A stretch of 64,000 bases of DNA. Origin: Takakia lepidozioides. Lineage: Eukaryota; Plantae; Bryophyta. Position 1 is the first letter of the stretch, and each line of letters begins with the position of its first letter. The stretch spans positions 20,150,001-20,214,000 of the forward strand of contig CM060731.1 of the NCBI GenBank assembly GCA_030704615.1. The letters run 5' to 3'. Under the pieces are notes generated by a model that saw only the letters and a program-made list of their open reading frames with translations, ran no database searches and had not been told where the DNA came from. Of this stretch, positions 1 to 12,449 are shown one piece after another. A program made the position numbers and the translations under genes.

Positions 1-689
1 CAGAAGGAATGAGATTGTGGATAAGAGTGGGGAGAGTGGGCCAGTTTAATTTGACAGAAGTGGAGATCCACTATCAGGTGCAAGTATTCAGCTCGGCTTC
101 AAAATTTGTTGGAGACATGCAGCAGGGTGCTGGCCATGGTGGGAGCAGAGGTGGCAGTCGCTGTGGAGAGTGTGCTCTGGAAGCATGCTCCTATGTCATT
201 TTAGACTATTTAAGAATATGTAGTCGCACTCCAGCAAGAAAAGGACCGGAATCTTAAAGCTCTAAAACCTCTCCGGAAATTGTGAGATTATCCAGGATGG
301 TATGTTTCATACAAGCAAATCACTTGAAACTTGCTAAGAAACATCACAAGTGCAAACTGGTCAATTTCAGGTTGGGTTTTGGTCAATACATCTTGGTTGG
401 GATATTAAAGATTGGTAGTATCAGTGTGAAGGTACCTACCATGAAGTATCCACACCTTGTAGGAAATATGTAAATACAAAGATAGAAATTTCACTACATT
501 AGGGATGGGACACTGTCAAATATATGTGTGCATGGTTAGATGGATGTGTAGGTCCAAGTACACCTTACTAAACCATGCTACTTCCATCCTCCAAGCTTTG
601 TATCAACACAGCAAATTCCGTGCAAATGGGCAAAATTGCAATCCACCAAAGAACCTCTTCAATAGAAATGAACACTTGTAACAGCAGAA

Positions 690-3382
690 CTACTCCTCAT
701 CTACAAATACAGTATCTTGTTTGAAGAAACTTCCAAAGAATTTTCTGGCTGGTGTTTCGACGGGTTCTACCTCTCTGGCTGTTTCTTGTTCTGACCTCCA
801 TCTGCTTTTTCGTGGTAAGGCTGGCTTCTCTCCCTTAGTGGGCCGAGCATTAATTTTCTCTTCAAACTTGGGGACAAAGGATGAAAGACTACGCCCTCCC
901 AAAGCAAGTGAGTTGAAGCCTAGCTCCTTTGCTTTAGTTGCCAGGCCATCTACTGAGGCGGCGGCAGCTTCAGCCCTAGCCTGTGCCTTTGCTGCAAGAG
1001 CAGCAGCCCTGGATTCCTCAGCTGCCAGTCTCCTTGCTTCTGCTTCTAATTGAGCTGCCAACTCTGATGCTCTCCGAGCCTCCTGAGCTGCAGCACGAGC
1101 CTCAGCTTCAGCTTGTGACCGGGCTTCTCTTTCTCTCTCTTCTGCTTCAGCCTCAGCCCGCTCCTGTTCCAGAATTGCTCTCCTTCCGTCCACAGGTATG
1201 GCACTGTGAAACAGATGGAAGATATTTAGGAACCAAAAACATCCACGTTTGAGCATACTTGATACTTATACAATGATGCAACTTCAACACAAACCACTAT
1301 TGATGAGGCTTCCATGCACAACTCATTCCCAATCCGAGAACGACGACCAACAAACCTTAACAACTCTTCAATTGGCCTTGGACTTGCATAAGGATCTGCT
1401 GTCACTTCAACAACCTGCATATTATAGAAGCAAGCACAGCAATATGAGCTCTTATATCAAGCATACGTCTGCTTCATGCAAGATGTGAGCCCTTCTGACA
1501 CAAAATCTAGACATCAAACTGCAGTCTACATCATACAGCCAGAATGTTGATTCCCTTGCCAGTGGTCTAGTTTAACGAAGCAAACAAAGCAATTGATTTA
1601 AGAATCCCGCTTCATGCCGCGTGAGATTTGTCTGTTCTAAGCCATGACTGTTGCTGAACTCAAGACATGACATACTGTTGCGACTTCAGAAATTTAGCCT
1701 TGTGACATTGCTCCAGACTACCTGAGAAACACTTTGTAGTTTACTGATAGACTAAAGTGTGAGAATCCAGAAACAAATCACACCTTATTTTCAGAATTGG
1801 AGGTATTTGAGAGCACACTTGCCACAACCGAAGCTACTTGAATTTTTGAGACCTGTGCCATAGACCATTAAGTCGAGAAGTTAGAGATAAGCTAAACAAC
1901 TAGTCTTCTCAGACCTTGCCACATGAAAAGGCTTCATAACAATACCAACATGCACATGTAGACCATAAGTCCTTGAAGCAGCGGCACATTGCAATCAAAC
2001 TTGAGGAGAAAACACCTCATGGTAGTTTCAACAATGGCAGGATTTACCTTGCCACCTGTGTCAGAAGCTCCTTCTGCAGCAAGGACAAGATTGGATGTCT
2101 CTGGAGAATGATCATCAACACCCTCTGTGGAAGCAGTTTTTAGTACTGTGAATGTCAAGTCAGTCTCTACTACTCTATCAATTAAGTCGGCATCTGAAAC
2201 CGCCGTTCCTCTACTAAAGAGGTTGGTGAAAAACGCTGAAAACCCGGCCAATGGGCCATCGTTGCCACTCCCTGTCCCAGATTCAGAAACCACTACAAAA
2301 TGGCCAGCATTAGCAAGTTTTGCGGCTTCAAGCACCCGTAGGGCATCTTCTACTGTAACTTTCGATCGTGGCCCATCCTCAGTTGGCCCAATTGTAACTA
2401 CTACCTTCGAAGCATTACCAAGGGCCTTCGCAATCGAATCTACACTCTTGTAATCAAACTCCACAGCATTCAGACGCTTCGCCTCATCTCTGGTGATTAC
2501 CTGCACATAGCATCAACGGACTTCAGGTTCAGCATCACGGTGACGAAGGCAATAGACCGACATTGCAATCTAAAGATACCAGTGCGAACGTGCACAAATA
2601 CATGGCTTCGGAGGTCGACATTGCTGCAAAATAAGTGCCTTATATTTCGTTGCAACTTCAACCAACATTGACATCGCATGTCCTTGGACGAGCAATCAAC
2701 TTACCCCATATTGCGTTGCAAATTCAGCAAGCTGCTGTGCAAAAAACAGGTCTCGGACACCACCGCGCACAACGAATCCATCATGCAGAAGCTTTTGAGA
2801 GATGCGCGCACCAATCTGGCCAGTTGCACCAGCAACAAAGACAGTCTTGGGGTCTGGGCGGCGGCCTCTCCCGAAGTTCAGGGATTCCAAAGCAGTACCC
2901 TCCTTTCGCACCACTAGTGAGCCCCCTTTCAAAGTTCCATTTTCAGATTCTCTTTTATTGCCGAACTTGAACCGCTGAGTCCCAAACTTGGGTTCATCAC
3001 CCGACTCCTTATCTTCTCCTGCTTTCCTCCTTCCAAACCTGAAGATCTGAGTTCCGGGTGCTGGTGCTGGTTCGTCACTGGACTCCTTCTGCCCTCTCAA
3101 TTTAAAGAACTGAGTTCCTTTCTTCAGGAAGGAGTCGTCGCCAGCTGCTCTGACCAGCACTCGCTGCTGGCCCTCCGTAATTCTGGCATTGGCTGCAGCC
3201 GGTAGAAATGCAGGGGAGATATTTTTGTGAGAAGACAAGGAGGACAACTTTTTACTGCTCGACCTGTGATCCAACAAAGCAACCGTTCCAGGACATCTAC
3301 AAGCAGAGTTCGACGCAGTTTCGGTACGCACAATTGTGGAAGAGGCCGAAGTCACATGCCACAGCGCAGTCGCCCCAGCCAT
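690..3382 (-). CDS. PTAC16: Plastid transcriptionally active 16 (NAD(P)-binding Rossmann fold + coiled coil), ~590 aa; exons 3382-2705, 2500-2048, 1852-1784, 1414-1356, 1203-690
   Basis: Transit-peptide-like N-terminus, GTQxF repeats, TVFVAGATGQIG Rossmann motif, Ala/Glu coiled coil, and C-terminal FKQDTVFVDEE typical of PTAC16. All introns are GT-AG with consistent phase (1773 nt). Confidence 0.9.
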
Positions 3383-3982
3383 AACTTTCGCACTTTCTAA
3401 TACAAGATGCCGGGACAAACCTCCAGCTACAAAACTGCACCTTCCTCAACGTAAAATCCCAACACCGCTCTCCCACTCAATCCATCTTCCACATGCGCCA
3501 TCCTCCCAAACCAGAGCTACCCGAGTCCACGAAACCTCGAAGCTCCCATGCGAACAAAGCAGCCTGCCTCGCTCCTTGTCCGCCATAGCTCAGGCCTCCA
3601 GCAACCACACCAGAGAGAAAGGCAAAATCCACGTCAGCCCATCCTGTCCACCCTGTCTCCCTTGATTCGCTGAAGCCGCAGCCACAATTGCAAATTGCTG
3701 ACATGGCAACAGACCATTCGCTAGACCTTATCCACCCATCCCCACCAGCATCTCAGTCGCACCCCTTTGTCCGATTCCCCACCCGGCCCCTGGCTGCTCC
3801 TCATGGATGAACAAAATTGTTCGTTCATCCACGTCCGCAATTTCCATATCTCATCCATCACTGCTGGATGTTGCAGCCCTCCAGAGCCACACACAGGTAA
3901 CTGACACATCCATTCACAGGATGTCTCGTCAGGGCAGACATGGCGGGCAGGGGAAAAAGGTTCAGATTGGGCAAGTCAGGCG

Positions 3983-4050
3983 CCAATAATCAGGGATAGG
4001 GCAGCCGCTCATTGGCTGCAGCGTGATGGTTGAGATAAGTCTTAGATAAG
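3983..4050. promoter_or_regulatory. Candidate light-responsive elements: CCAAT/ATTGG boxes and two GATAAG (I-box) motifs
   Basis: CCAAT near 3983, ATTGG near 4010, GATAAG at 4034-4039 and 4045-4050, lying between the PTAC16 5' end and the Lhcb fragment. Confidence 0.35.
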
Positions 4051-4067
4051 TCTACAGTCTTTCAAAA

Positions 4068-4091
4068 CTCTCTCTCTCTCTCTCTCTCTCT
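4068..4091. repeat. (CT)12 microsatellite
   Basis: Read directly; abuts the Lhcb fragment. Confidence 0.95.
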
Positions 4092-4092
4092 T

Positions 4093-4251
4093 TTGAAGGA
4101 AAGCAAGAATGGCCGCCTTGCTATGTTCTCTGCCTTCGGTTTCTTCGTGCAGGCCATCGTCACTGGAAAGGGACCCCTCGAGAACCTCTCTGATCACTTG
4201 GCCGACGCCGTTGCTAACAATGCTTGGGCATATGCAACCAACTTTGTTCCC
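4093..4251 (+). pseudogene. LHCB: 5'-truncated major LHCII (Lhcb1/2/LhcbM-type) chlorophyll a/b-binding protein fragment, last ~53 codons only
   Basis: [52 protein letters not shown] matches helix 3 and the C-terminus of LHCII. No upstream Lhcb coding sequence is visible. Confidence 0.9.
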
Positions 4252-6169
4252 CAGTCAGAGATACCAATTTTCATATCACTCTTGTGCTTCATGCAAATAC
4301 TGTACAGTAGAGCTGCTCGATGTTATGTCTGCACTGTCCCATTGGACTGATTGATTTGATCTCCAGATCTACACTTCCTCTGCTACCTTGCAATGTGGCT
4401 ATCTCAACGCGTTGGATTGTTGTGTAGATTGTGTCTATAGACTCTGAGTGTTTTCTAAGAATGTGACTTTTTCCACTTCGTGTGAACAGTACTTGAGAAT
4501 AATATGCATTCAAATGAACTGCCCAGTTATGTTTACAGGTAAATTTAAGGTTGTCTGGACTAGAGCTATAGTTTAGCTTTTGGGAAATTGCCCTACCTCA
4601 CAATGCTCCTAAGGAGCTTATTCTGCTCTTAAAATTGGAATCATACAAGGCTGTATGAGACTGCCAAATGATGTTGCCAAGGTCTGCCAGTCTCTTTCAT
4701 ATGCTTCATAGTCGAGCTCTGCAAAGTAAAAGAGTTGGTTTGGGAATTCTGAATAAGGTTGTTCATGAAAAATTTACACGTCACCCAGCAAGTAGTGGTT
4801 ACATTGGTGGCCTGACAATACCAATGAGGCCATTAAATGTTCCTGCTGTCAAAGAATCTCACAATCAAATTGGAGAATTCCTCTACAGCAACAAGCTTCC
4901 TGATTTTGCAATTAGACAAATATACAAGTATAAGAATCTCATATCACTCACTTGACAACCAAACAAGAAGTTCAGACTCAGTTGGTCCTGCATTCAGTGG
5001 CTTTGTAATTAATTCTGCAGCAGCTTTACCTGTACGTTTTCCACCACCTGCTTGGACCCAATTGCTAAAATTACGAAAATTTGTACTTGATGTATCTGCA
5101 GCTCTCTACTATAAGTCAAACCTTGTCAGATTCTCCTACTGAGTTAGGATCAGTTTACATTAGGAGCCAAAGCCAAGATTTCACTGGGTGTAAATCTACC
5201 AAGATGGGTGTAAATCCGCCCTTATCTGGCCTCTGAACTTCAAAATAGTATAATGGCCCTTGATTGTAAACCCACCAGGGACCACACAATAGGCCAAAGC
5301 CTTAGAAGAAAGACTTTAAGTGTAAAGCCAAGTCCAGCCAAGATCCAAAAGTAGTAGAATCACTTGGATGTTGGCCTCTAGACTGCTTGGCCCTAATGTA
5401 AAGCCGCCCTCATCATAGGCCTGCAAACTTAAAATCTTAGAATAGTTATGACTGATCAATTCGTAGGAGAGAAACGATCACATCTCCTTGACAATAATAA
5501 TCAATGCTCTAAATCCACTGATATCCAAAGGTGGATTGAGATAACAAAATGTACCTTCTAGAGAAACAGCTGCAGCCCTACCTTCAGTGTACCTGACAAA
5601 GCAGAGAATCCTACGAAGTTTCACTGGCTCAGCACTGAGTCTCTGAAATACATATGATGGATATACCAATGTTCAATCCAACCTTGACTGGAGCTCCCAC
5701 CTAAGATATAACATCAAGTTTGGAGGCAGTATTATGTGTGTAGGTACACATCAGGATGCTTCTACAGACCAATCCATCCTCTTTGGCTGATGCCTCAGCT
5801 TCATGCCAGCCACTCTCTTCTTCATTATTGGAAACCTCGTATCTTCAGCTCTCGTCTCATGTAACTAAGACGAAGGTGTGGGCAACACTCTGGTGCAAAT
5901 CGAACGCCCATGTTTTATCCTCAGCAAGCCAGGATGCGCTAAACAGACCAGCCCTTCTTCATCTGCACTAGTAGCAAAAACTCTCCTGATAACGCATTGT
6001 TCCACCTGCTTTGCCAGCAAGGCTTCGAGCTTTCCTTTGCATTAACCCGAAGGACTTGAGGGTGTAACAACACATGGATTTCCTTCTCAAACCGAGCAAT
6101 GTGTAACATTATATTTGTTGTACGAGTGAAGCATGAACCAATATCTTGCGGTGGAGCCTGGATGCTTGC

Positions 6170-6950
6170 CTGGAAGTATTTGTGGGCAAGAGCCTCCTCA
6201 GCGGTGCAACGATTTGCAGAATCAAAACAGAGCATGCGCAGGAGAAGATCAATGGCATCGGTGTCCACTTGACCTATCAAACTCGGAGCTAAAAGTCCAG
6301 CTCTCCCAGGAAGCTTCTTCAAATATTCCCGCCATGCTGCAGACGGTAGCATGGACACATATCTCCAACTTGGTGCGCCTAAATTATACCCAAAATAAAA
6401 TTCAACTGTTGGTGCCGCTCTGAATCAGAGTCCTCATCAGCAAACAACTCCACTTCATGGGGGTGGCTGGTTCGTGGCCCCTAAATAGTCTTTGCGATCC
6501 GCCCTATACCAAGGAGGAGCTCCCCAAAGATGCATCCCACCGACCATATGTACTCGATTGTTGAAGTGTACTCCGCCTCGAACATGATCACTTCGGGTGC
6601 ACGATGCGTGGGAGTCGCCACGGTCTTAAGTCTGTGTACTACATTTCCTGCCAGCCATCTCCTTGGGTGATCATATGAATAGGCAAGGGGGCTCGAAAGT
6701 AGCTAGCCTCACCCTGTGCAGCTGCAGCCCGGGATAGACCAAAATTGCACAATAGGAGTCGGCCTTCCTCAAAAAGTAGGTTCTCCACCTTGATATCCCT
6801 ACGCCACACGTTACAAGAGTGCAGATATTGAACGCTTGCAGCACCTCTTGGATAATAGATTGCACAGTAGACGCTGGCATAGGCTGGGCCTGGTCGTAGA
6901 TAAGTTACATGAGACAAGAGCTGCGGATACGAGGTTTCTAATGATCAAGA
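6170..6950 (-). pseudogene. MAPK-like (CMGC) Ser/Thr kinase pseudogene, intronless over the visible part
   Basis: YLHSCNVWRRDIKVENLL (HRD>RRD), LCNFGLSR (DFG>NFG), VATPTHRAPEVI, IWSVGCIFGELL and AIDLLLRMLCFD..RCTAEEALAHKYF, spread over several frames with stops. Confidence 0.8.
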
Positions 6951-8819
6951 AGAGAGTGGCTAGCATGAAGCTGAGGCATCAGCCAAAGAGGATGTCTTTG
7001 TCTGTAAAAGCATCCTGATCTGCATATAAGGTTACTTTGGTGCTGGACAATGTACTTCCCACAGAGTCCTGGTATCACTCATCTTCCTCCATGTACATTC
7101 CACAAGATCAAGGCTCTTTCTAATGAACAATATTGTTACTTACAGTTTCATAAGCCAATCCCTTCTCTTCCTCTTGGATGCTTGTGCTTTTTCCTCCTTT
7201 CTAACTCTAGGTGAGTAGTGAAAGCTGCTCTCCCTGCCATATGCACAAACCACCATTTACTCTTGGAATGAGGTCAAGTCACAATTAATCGATGGCTAAA
7301 TCCAATTTTTTCTAGTTAAGACTTGACGGCTTTTTGATTGATTGCTTGCTGCTGATCATCAAATTGGGCACCAAGACCATTTCAGTGAGGTTGAAAACTT
7401 AGTGCTATAGGTCAAATTCAGCTGGTGTCTTTGACATGTAATCGGAGCTACTGAACAGAGGGACAGAAACACAGTGGTGTGGACATACGAAGATTCCACA
7501 GTCGGTACAGCACTAGAGATCCAACGTGTGTTGTAAATCAACCGCCATCCATTGTTCTCCCACCTCACATACCTCTTGGCTGCTGCCAACCCTCCAACAA
7601 AATGAGGCCATTGCAAACAATCTGGATCTGGATGAAGAACAGACACAAACTCCTCATATACACACACATAGAACATCTTGGATCTCCAGTGATGCTAACC
7701 TTCAGGTTGGGGGGCATCTTCAACTGGAGGTTTCTTGTTGATTTTTGAATATTGGCGTGGACTGAATGCCCCCATATCTACAATAGGCCTGTGGGTGTAC
7801 ACCTTGAACAGTAGCTGCCATCATCCCCCATTGACTTCATTAAGAAGTTTGAATTTGCTTGTTGTGCTTGTCCTTATTCGGGATTTGGACCCCTGGTCTC
7901 TTTATTATGGACAATTTCTTGAAATGCACTTTAGTGACAAGATATGCTATTTAACAATTCTGGAATGACCTCTCTTGGTGGTAACTTTCTTGAGGGAAAA
8001 TTCTCCACAATCCTTACATTTGTCCTGCAGGTATAAACCTTGCACCTCTTTCCTGTAGGCTAAGGAAGGGAGTTCTGACATTGCCATATAACACCAGTAA
8101 AAAGACGGAGCTATGTTATGCACACCGAGAGGCTTTCATATCCAAGACTTGTTCAGGCTATGCTAGGCCCACCTGCAGCCACTCCCATATGCAACCCTAC
8201 TCTCTGCCTCACTTTAGTAAACCCCCGCTTGGAAGTTCGATCTAGTCAATGTCCCCAACGAGATAAGCATTTCCAATTGAGAGATAAGAGAGGGAAGTCT
8301 AGTGATGCAACATTTCAAGAATTTGAAGGAAGAAACTCCCCAGTTACACAAACTGTGACCTGGCAATAACAGAAAACTAACAACATATACTCTTACTGAC
8401 TGCAGGTAAAAAGAAGCTAGGCTTACTTGAGGTGGAAATACAAAACCTCCAAGGCGGAAACGTATATGCAATCCAGCAGCTGTATCTGCAAGGTGTGCCT
8501 GCCATACATGAGAGGCTTCAGAGACAGATAGTGTACTTACTAGACTTTGCTTGATAGCCTTGTGACCATGGACTTGGAACAGACCAAAAAAGTGGGGCCG
8601 CAAGGAAATTCAGCAAACTGAGGACAATGATTAGACATATGCATTCAAGACTATGTTGCAACATTTCTAGAGTGAGTTGAAGGGATGACCTCACAAGGGT
8701 TGAAGCATTTCAGAAGCTCTTTTGGAGGTGACCGCTCATGATCTGAAATGATATTCCTGAAGTACTTGTATATTCTTTTGTCCTACATTGCTAAGCCACC
8801 CACCTTTGTACAACATCAG

Positions 8820-10290
8820 ATTGAAAATCTTCACAGCACGGGCCATGTGCATTGCAAACTATCTATGTAACCAGCACACGCTCCATACACTCCATCTTTC
8901 CTGTCTACACTATAATTTCATGAAGATATGACTGGAAGAACCAGCCAAGACTCTTACCAACAAGCTGATCTGACACTCTGAAGACAATTTCATTGTTGTG
9001 TGGTTTGTGGATAACCGGGAGTTATTGCAGCCTACAGAACTCAAGTCAAAGGCTGCATCCCAAAAGTTAAATGACAGGCCGCCTGAGCTGGTGGTCCTAA
9101 GATCATAAGCAAAGGAATGTTAGAAACTGTCAGACCCGGAAAGAACGCCAACACCGTTGTAGCTTTTTCACAGAGGAGAGACTGTAACGTTTGTGTTCTC
9201 CTTTGGAAGGATGTCCTTCGTAATATTCCAGAAACACAAGGTCAGGGTTAAGTTGGCTTTCCCGCAATTCACTTCGTCCTCGCTCAAAGTTATTTCTCCT
9301 AGCAACAACCCCGGGGCTTCTCAAATAAAGGCGGCACGCAGCTTGTATCATTGCTGCTGCGATTCTCTGCAGAATAAATTAGTACTTCTTCTCAGTTGCT
9401 CAAAAGAAAAGGTTCAGTTGATTGAGTCTTGAGAAGCGGAGTAAATCACAAAGTGGGTTCACTTGGCAATGCCATGACTACTGCAGCAGACCATGCCTTT
9501 TAAATAATGAATGCATGCAGAGAGGGAAAAGATCAATTTCAACCAATTATAGTTAGGTTGAAACATATTTTCTTACTGAAGTTGCACTTGGTTGCACGTT
9601 GTTACGAGCATTTGTGGGCGTTCATCTAGTTCGTTATTCAATCTAGTTGAGATTGAGCGATTCTTGCATGTTGTCAAAAGCAACTGAAGGAATTTTGGGA
9701 GCCAAGAGGACCTCGGTGTACCATGCGATGGAACTTGCGTATTTGCAAAATGCAACGCCACCATGATTGTATTCTCATAACACTCCATGATAAAAACAAT
9801 TCCTCATTCTGGCTGTCAATCCATGCTGCCCCAATGGATCTGCGGCTAAGAGAACGGGAGGATATGGAACTCTTGCTTTGCGATTTGGTCTCTGCTAATG
9901 ATCCTGATGCTGAAACTGACGTCCTAGACTTGCAGCTCTTTCGCCTTTCTGATGGCAGACGCTCAAGTATGCGGTTGAGAGGAACACTGTCAACAAGTTC
10001 TTTCTCTTGTTCACTCACCCAATTCAGAAAATCAAATTTCCCCATCTCCAGATATTTTATAGCAAGTCACATCTCATCGCTGCTTGGATTCTTGAGAGTT
10101 TTCAGATTCATTAGCACTTTGAATGACTCTTGGCAGTTTGAATTATATGAACTTGAATGGTTTCACTTCACATGAAATACTCCCCAAAATTTGGAGTTCC
10201 AAGTTTGAGGGATTGACACAATATAGCAAAGGTAAAACAAAACAGATAATTTGCCCATTGTTGAAATCTTTACAGAAATTCTGAGAGAGA
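8820..10290 (-). pseudogene. Degraded IQ-motif-rich gene relic (ASPM/abnormal spindle-like is a possibility)
   Basis: IQ-like motifs VMRIQSWWRC, MIQAACRLY and VKKLQRCWRSF in broken frames. The family assignment is a guess. Confidence 0.4.
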
Positions 10291-10439
10291 AAAAGTTATG
10301 TTTGATCATAGAGAAGAAGCCCATACAATAGTGAGCGTGTGCTCACATTAAAGTCAGATGGACAGAGTCATGGCTATTGAGATCTAGATTAGAATAGTTG
10401 CACCCCTAATAATTATCCAAGTAATATCGATTCTAGGTT

Positions 10440-10930
10440 CAAATCTCAACCCCTTGAAACGATATTAGCTTGCTTCATACAAAACACTTTTGGTAAGAAA
10501 ATCAGCTACCATCATTTCGGGGCTCAATTCGCTAATACAATAGTCTAACTTTAGTTCTCCACTAGCTATCTTCCTGCTATCTTTTCTCGAATATAGTGGA
10601 ATTGGATCTCAATATGTTTAGATCTTGTATGAAGTTTTGGATCTTCAGATAGGGAGATTGCACTTCAGTTATCACATACAATAACAGTAAGATGAGCATA
10701 TTCATGCTGTAAATTTGACAGTAATCTACGCAACCAAATTGCTTATTTAGCTGCGTGAGTCATTGCATTATATTCTGCCTCGGTGGAAGATAACGCAGTT
10801 GTTGTTTGCTTTTTACTTGTTCAACTAACTGCTCCCTTTGCAACAATAAAAATATAACTTGAGGCGGATTTGCGATCTTTAAATATGCCCCCGCCCAATC
10901 TGCGTCGGTATATCCCGATAATAATAAATC
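10440..10930 (-). mobile_element. Ty1/copia pol 3' fragment (RNase H)
   Basis: GYTDADWAG, SKKQTTALSSTEAEY, CDN.SAI, HTRSKHIEIQFHYIRE and MVADFLTK motifs with stops and frameshifts. Confidence 0.85.
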
Positions 10931-10971
10931 ATTTTGAGTAGATTTTTCATCATACAATATGTCATAAACCT

Positions 10972-12410
10972 CTGCCCGACATAAAATAGATTGAGCTTGA
11001 GCGTTTTGCAGAGCAAGAGGAACTCGTTGTCTAAAGAAAGCTACAAGAACAAGAACATAGGCGCACGGGTTTCCAAGGCTTTTGTTTTTCGCTGCACGAT
11101 GGGCACATGTGCGAAGGAAGTCGTTGAACTGATGATGCAAACAACCAAAGATCTCGACTGCCAAAGGAAGGAATGTGTCTCTGGAATGACATGCCCGATA
11201 GTTGCGCCCCTTTCCCTGCGCAGCTACTGAAGCAGCAACTCCCTATGATGAGGCTGTGCGGGGAAGGAGATCCGACCTAGTAGGATCAGCGATGACAACG
11301 TCCGCCAATGTACGCAATCCGTCGTGTGAGAGAACAATGTCAACCCGTCGTCGAGTGGAATGGTGATCGCGGGGTTGATGGGAGTATGTGCACCTGCTCT
11401 CGAAGGACATGTACCCCAACATCGAGAGCAACCGTAGCTGCTCCATCCCGGACGACGTCATGGGTTGCAGAGCGTTCTCCACCGTAGGAGCAACGAAGAA
11501 GATGTACGCCGAGTGAATCAATAGGATGTCGACTAACACACAGTTGTAGTCCTAACACATAGGGATGCGGAAGACCCAGTCGAACTCGTAGGGAGGTGGT
11601 AAATACAGCAGAAGACATACGGAAGGGTGCAATGGTTGGTCGTATCGTGAGCCACGCGCCTGCTCCGGGCTCTGCGCACGAGAGAAGTCTAGCCCGATTT
11701 GTATCCGAAGGAGCATTTGAAAGCATGCTGGAAAAGGAGTGTCGGTGCACGCGTTCCATGATGGTATCCTGTTCACAAAGAAACCGAGATGCCAAGGTTG
11801 GAGCGACTAAGGGCCGGATTCCATAGGCACTCCCAAGCGCCTCTCCCAAGGGGGCGCCCCTAGGAAGAAATCACCCCTTCAAAATGAGAGGGGGTGGTTC
11901 CATGGAGAGGTTTCCATCCACCCCTCTAGAAATCTTTGGCACCAATTGTTGTGGGCCCATGACATAATAATTGACAATTAATATAAGTTTTGGATGGAAA
12001 TGTCAAAAATCATTCCCTCTCTTAAATTCTAACTTACTTTGGATGGGAATCAGTGGTATTCTGTAAGGCTGCGGGTCGTTGTAGGAAAAAACAAAGATGT
12101 CAGTTAGGGGCGCCGTGAAACTCGTTCGCCCCTTGTGAAAGGACGCTTTTTTGCGGCCCTTAGCACGCCCCTTAGGGAATATCCTATTTCAACCACTCAC
12201 GCCTTGTAAATCTTGGGGGGGGGGGGGCTTTGTAAGTGCCCATAGAATCCGGCTCTAAAGCCCAACTCTAGGAAGGCAGTAGGGGCAGTGACGACTGTGG
12301 ATAGTAAACCCACTCCTCCATAAGAGATCGGGAAGGTAGCCTGAGAGAGGCATGACATAACTATCTGGACCTTGACATCTCTCTTCCAAATGGTGATGGT
12401 GTCCACATTG
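10972..12410 (-). mobile_element. Non-LTR retrotransposon relic with C-terminal zinc finger and restriction-like endonuclease (CRE-like, RLE type)
   Basis: QATFPISYGGVGL (RT thumb), GAGAWL, LRVRLGLP, GVHLLRC..GERSATHDVVRD, RRVDIV...LADVVIADP, FLPLAVEIFG and RQRVPLALQNAQA. Interrupted by a MITE. Confidence 0.7.
11811..12255. mobile_element. PIF/Harbinger (Tourist-type) MITE, 445 bp
   Basis: 21-bp TIR GGGCCGGATTCCATAGGCACT / GAGCCGGATTCTATGGGCACT (3 mismatches). TAA TSD at 11808-11810 and 12256-12258. Removing it restores W-A-L-V-A-P in the host element. Confidence 0.9.
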
Positions 12411-12449
12411 GTGCCCGAATGAAATGCTAAACGTTATACATTGTTCCTA

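Noticed and set aside
9-473. Short ORFs at the window start
   Set aside because: No recognisable motif or splice-supported structure.
11860-12275. 8-bp direct repeat CTAGGAAG as a hAT TSD
   Set aside because: No TIR inside it. The TAA-flanked 21-bp TIR pair at 11811/12255 explains the insertion and restores the host frame.
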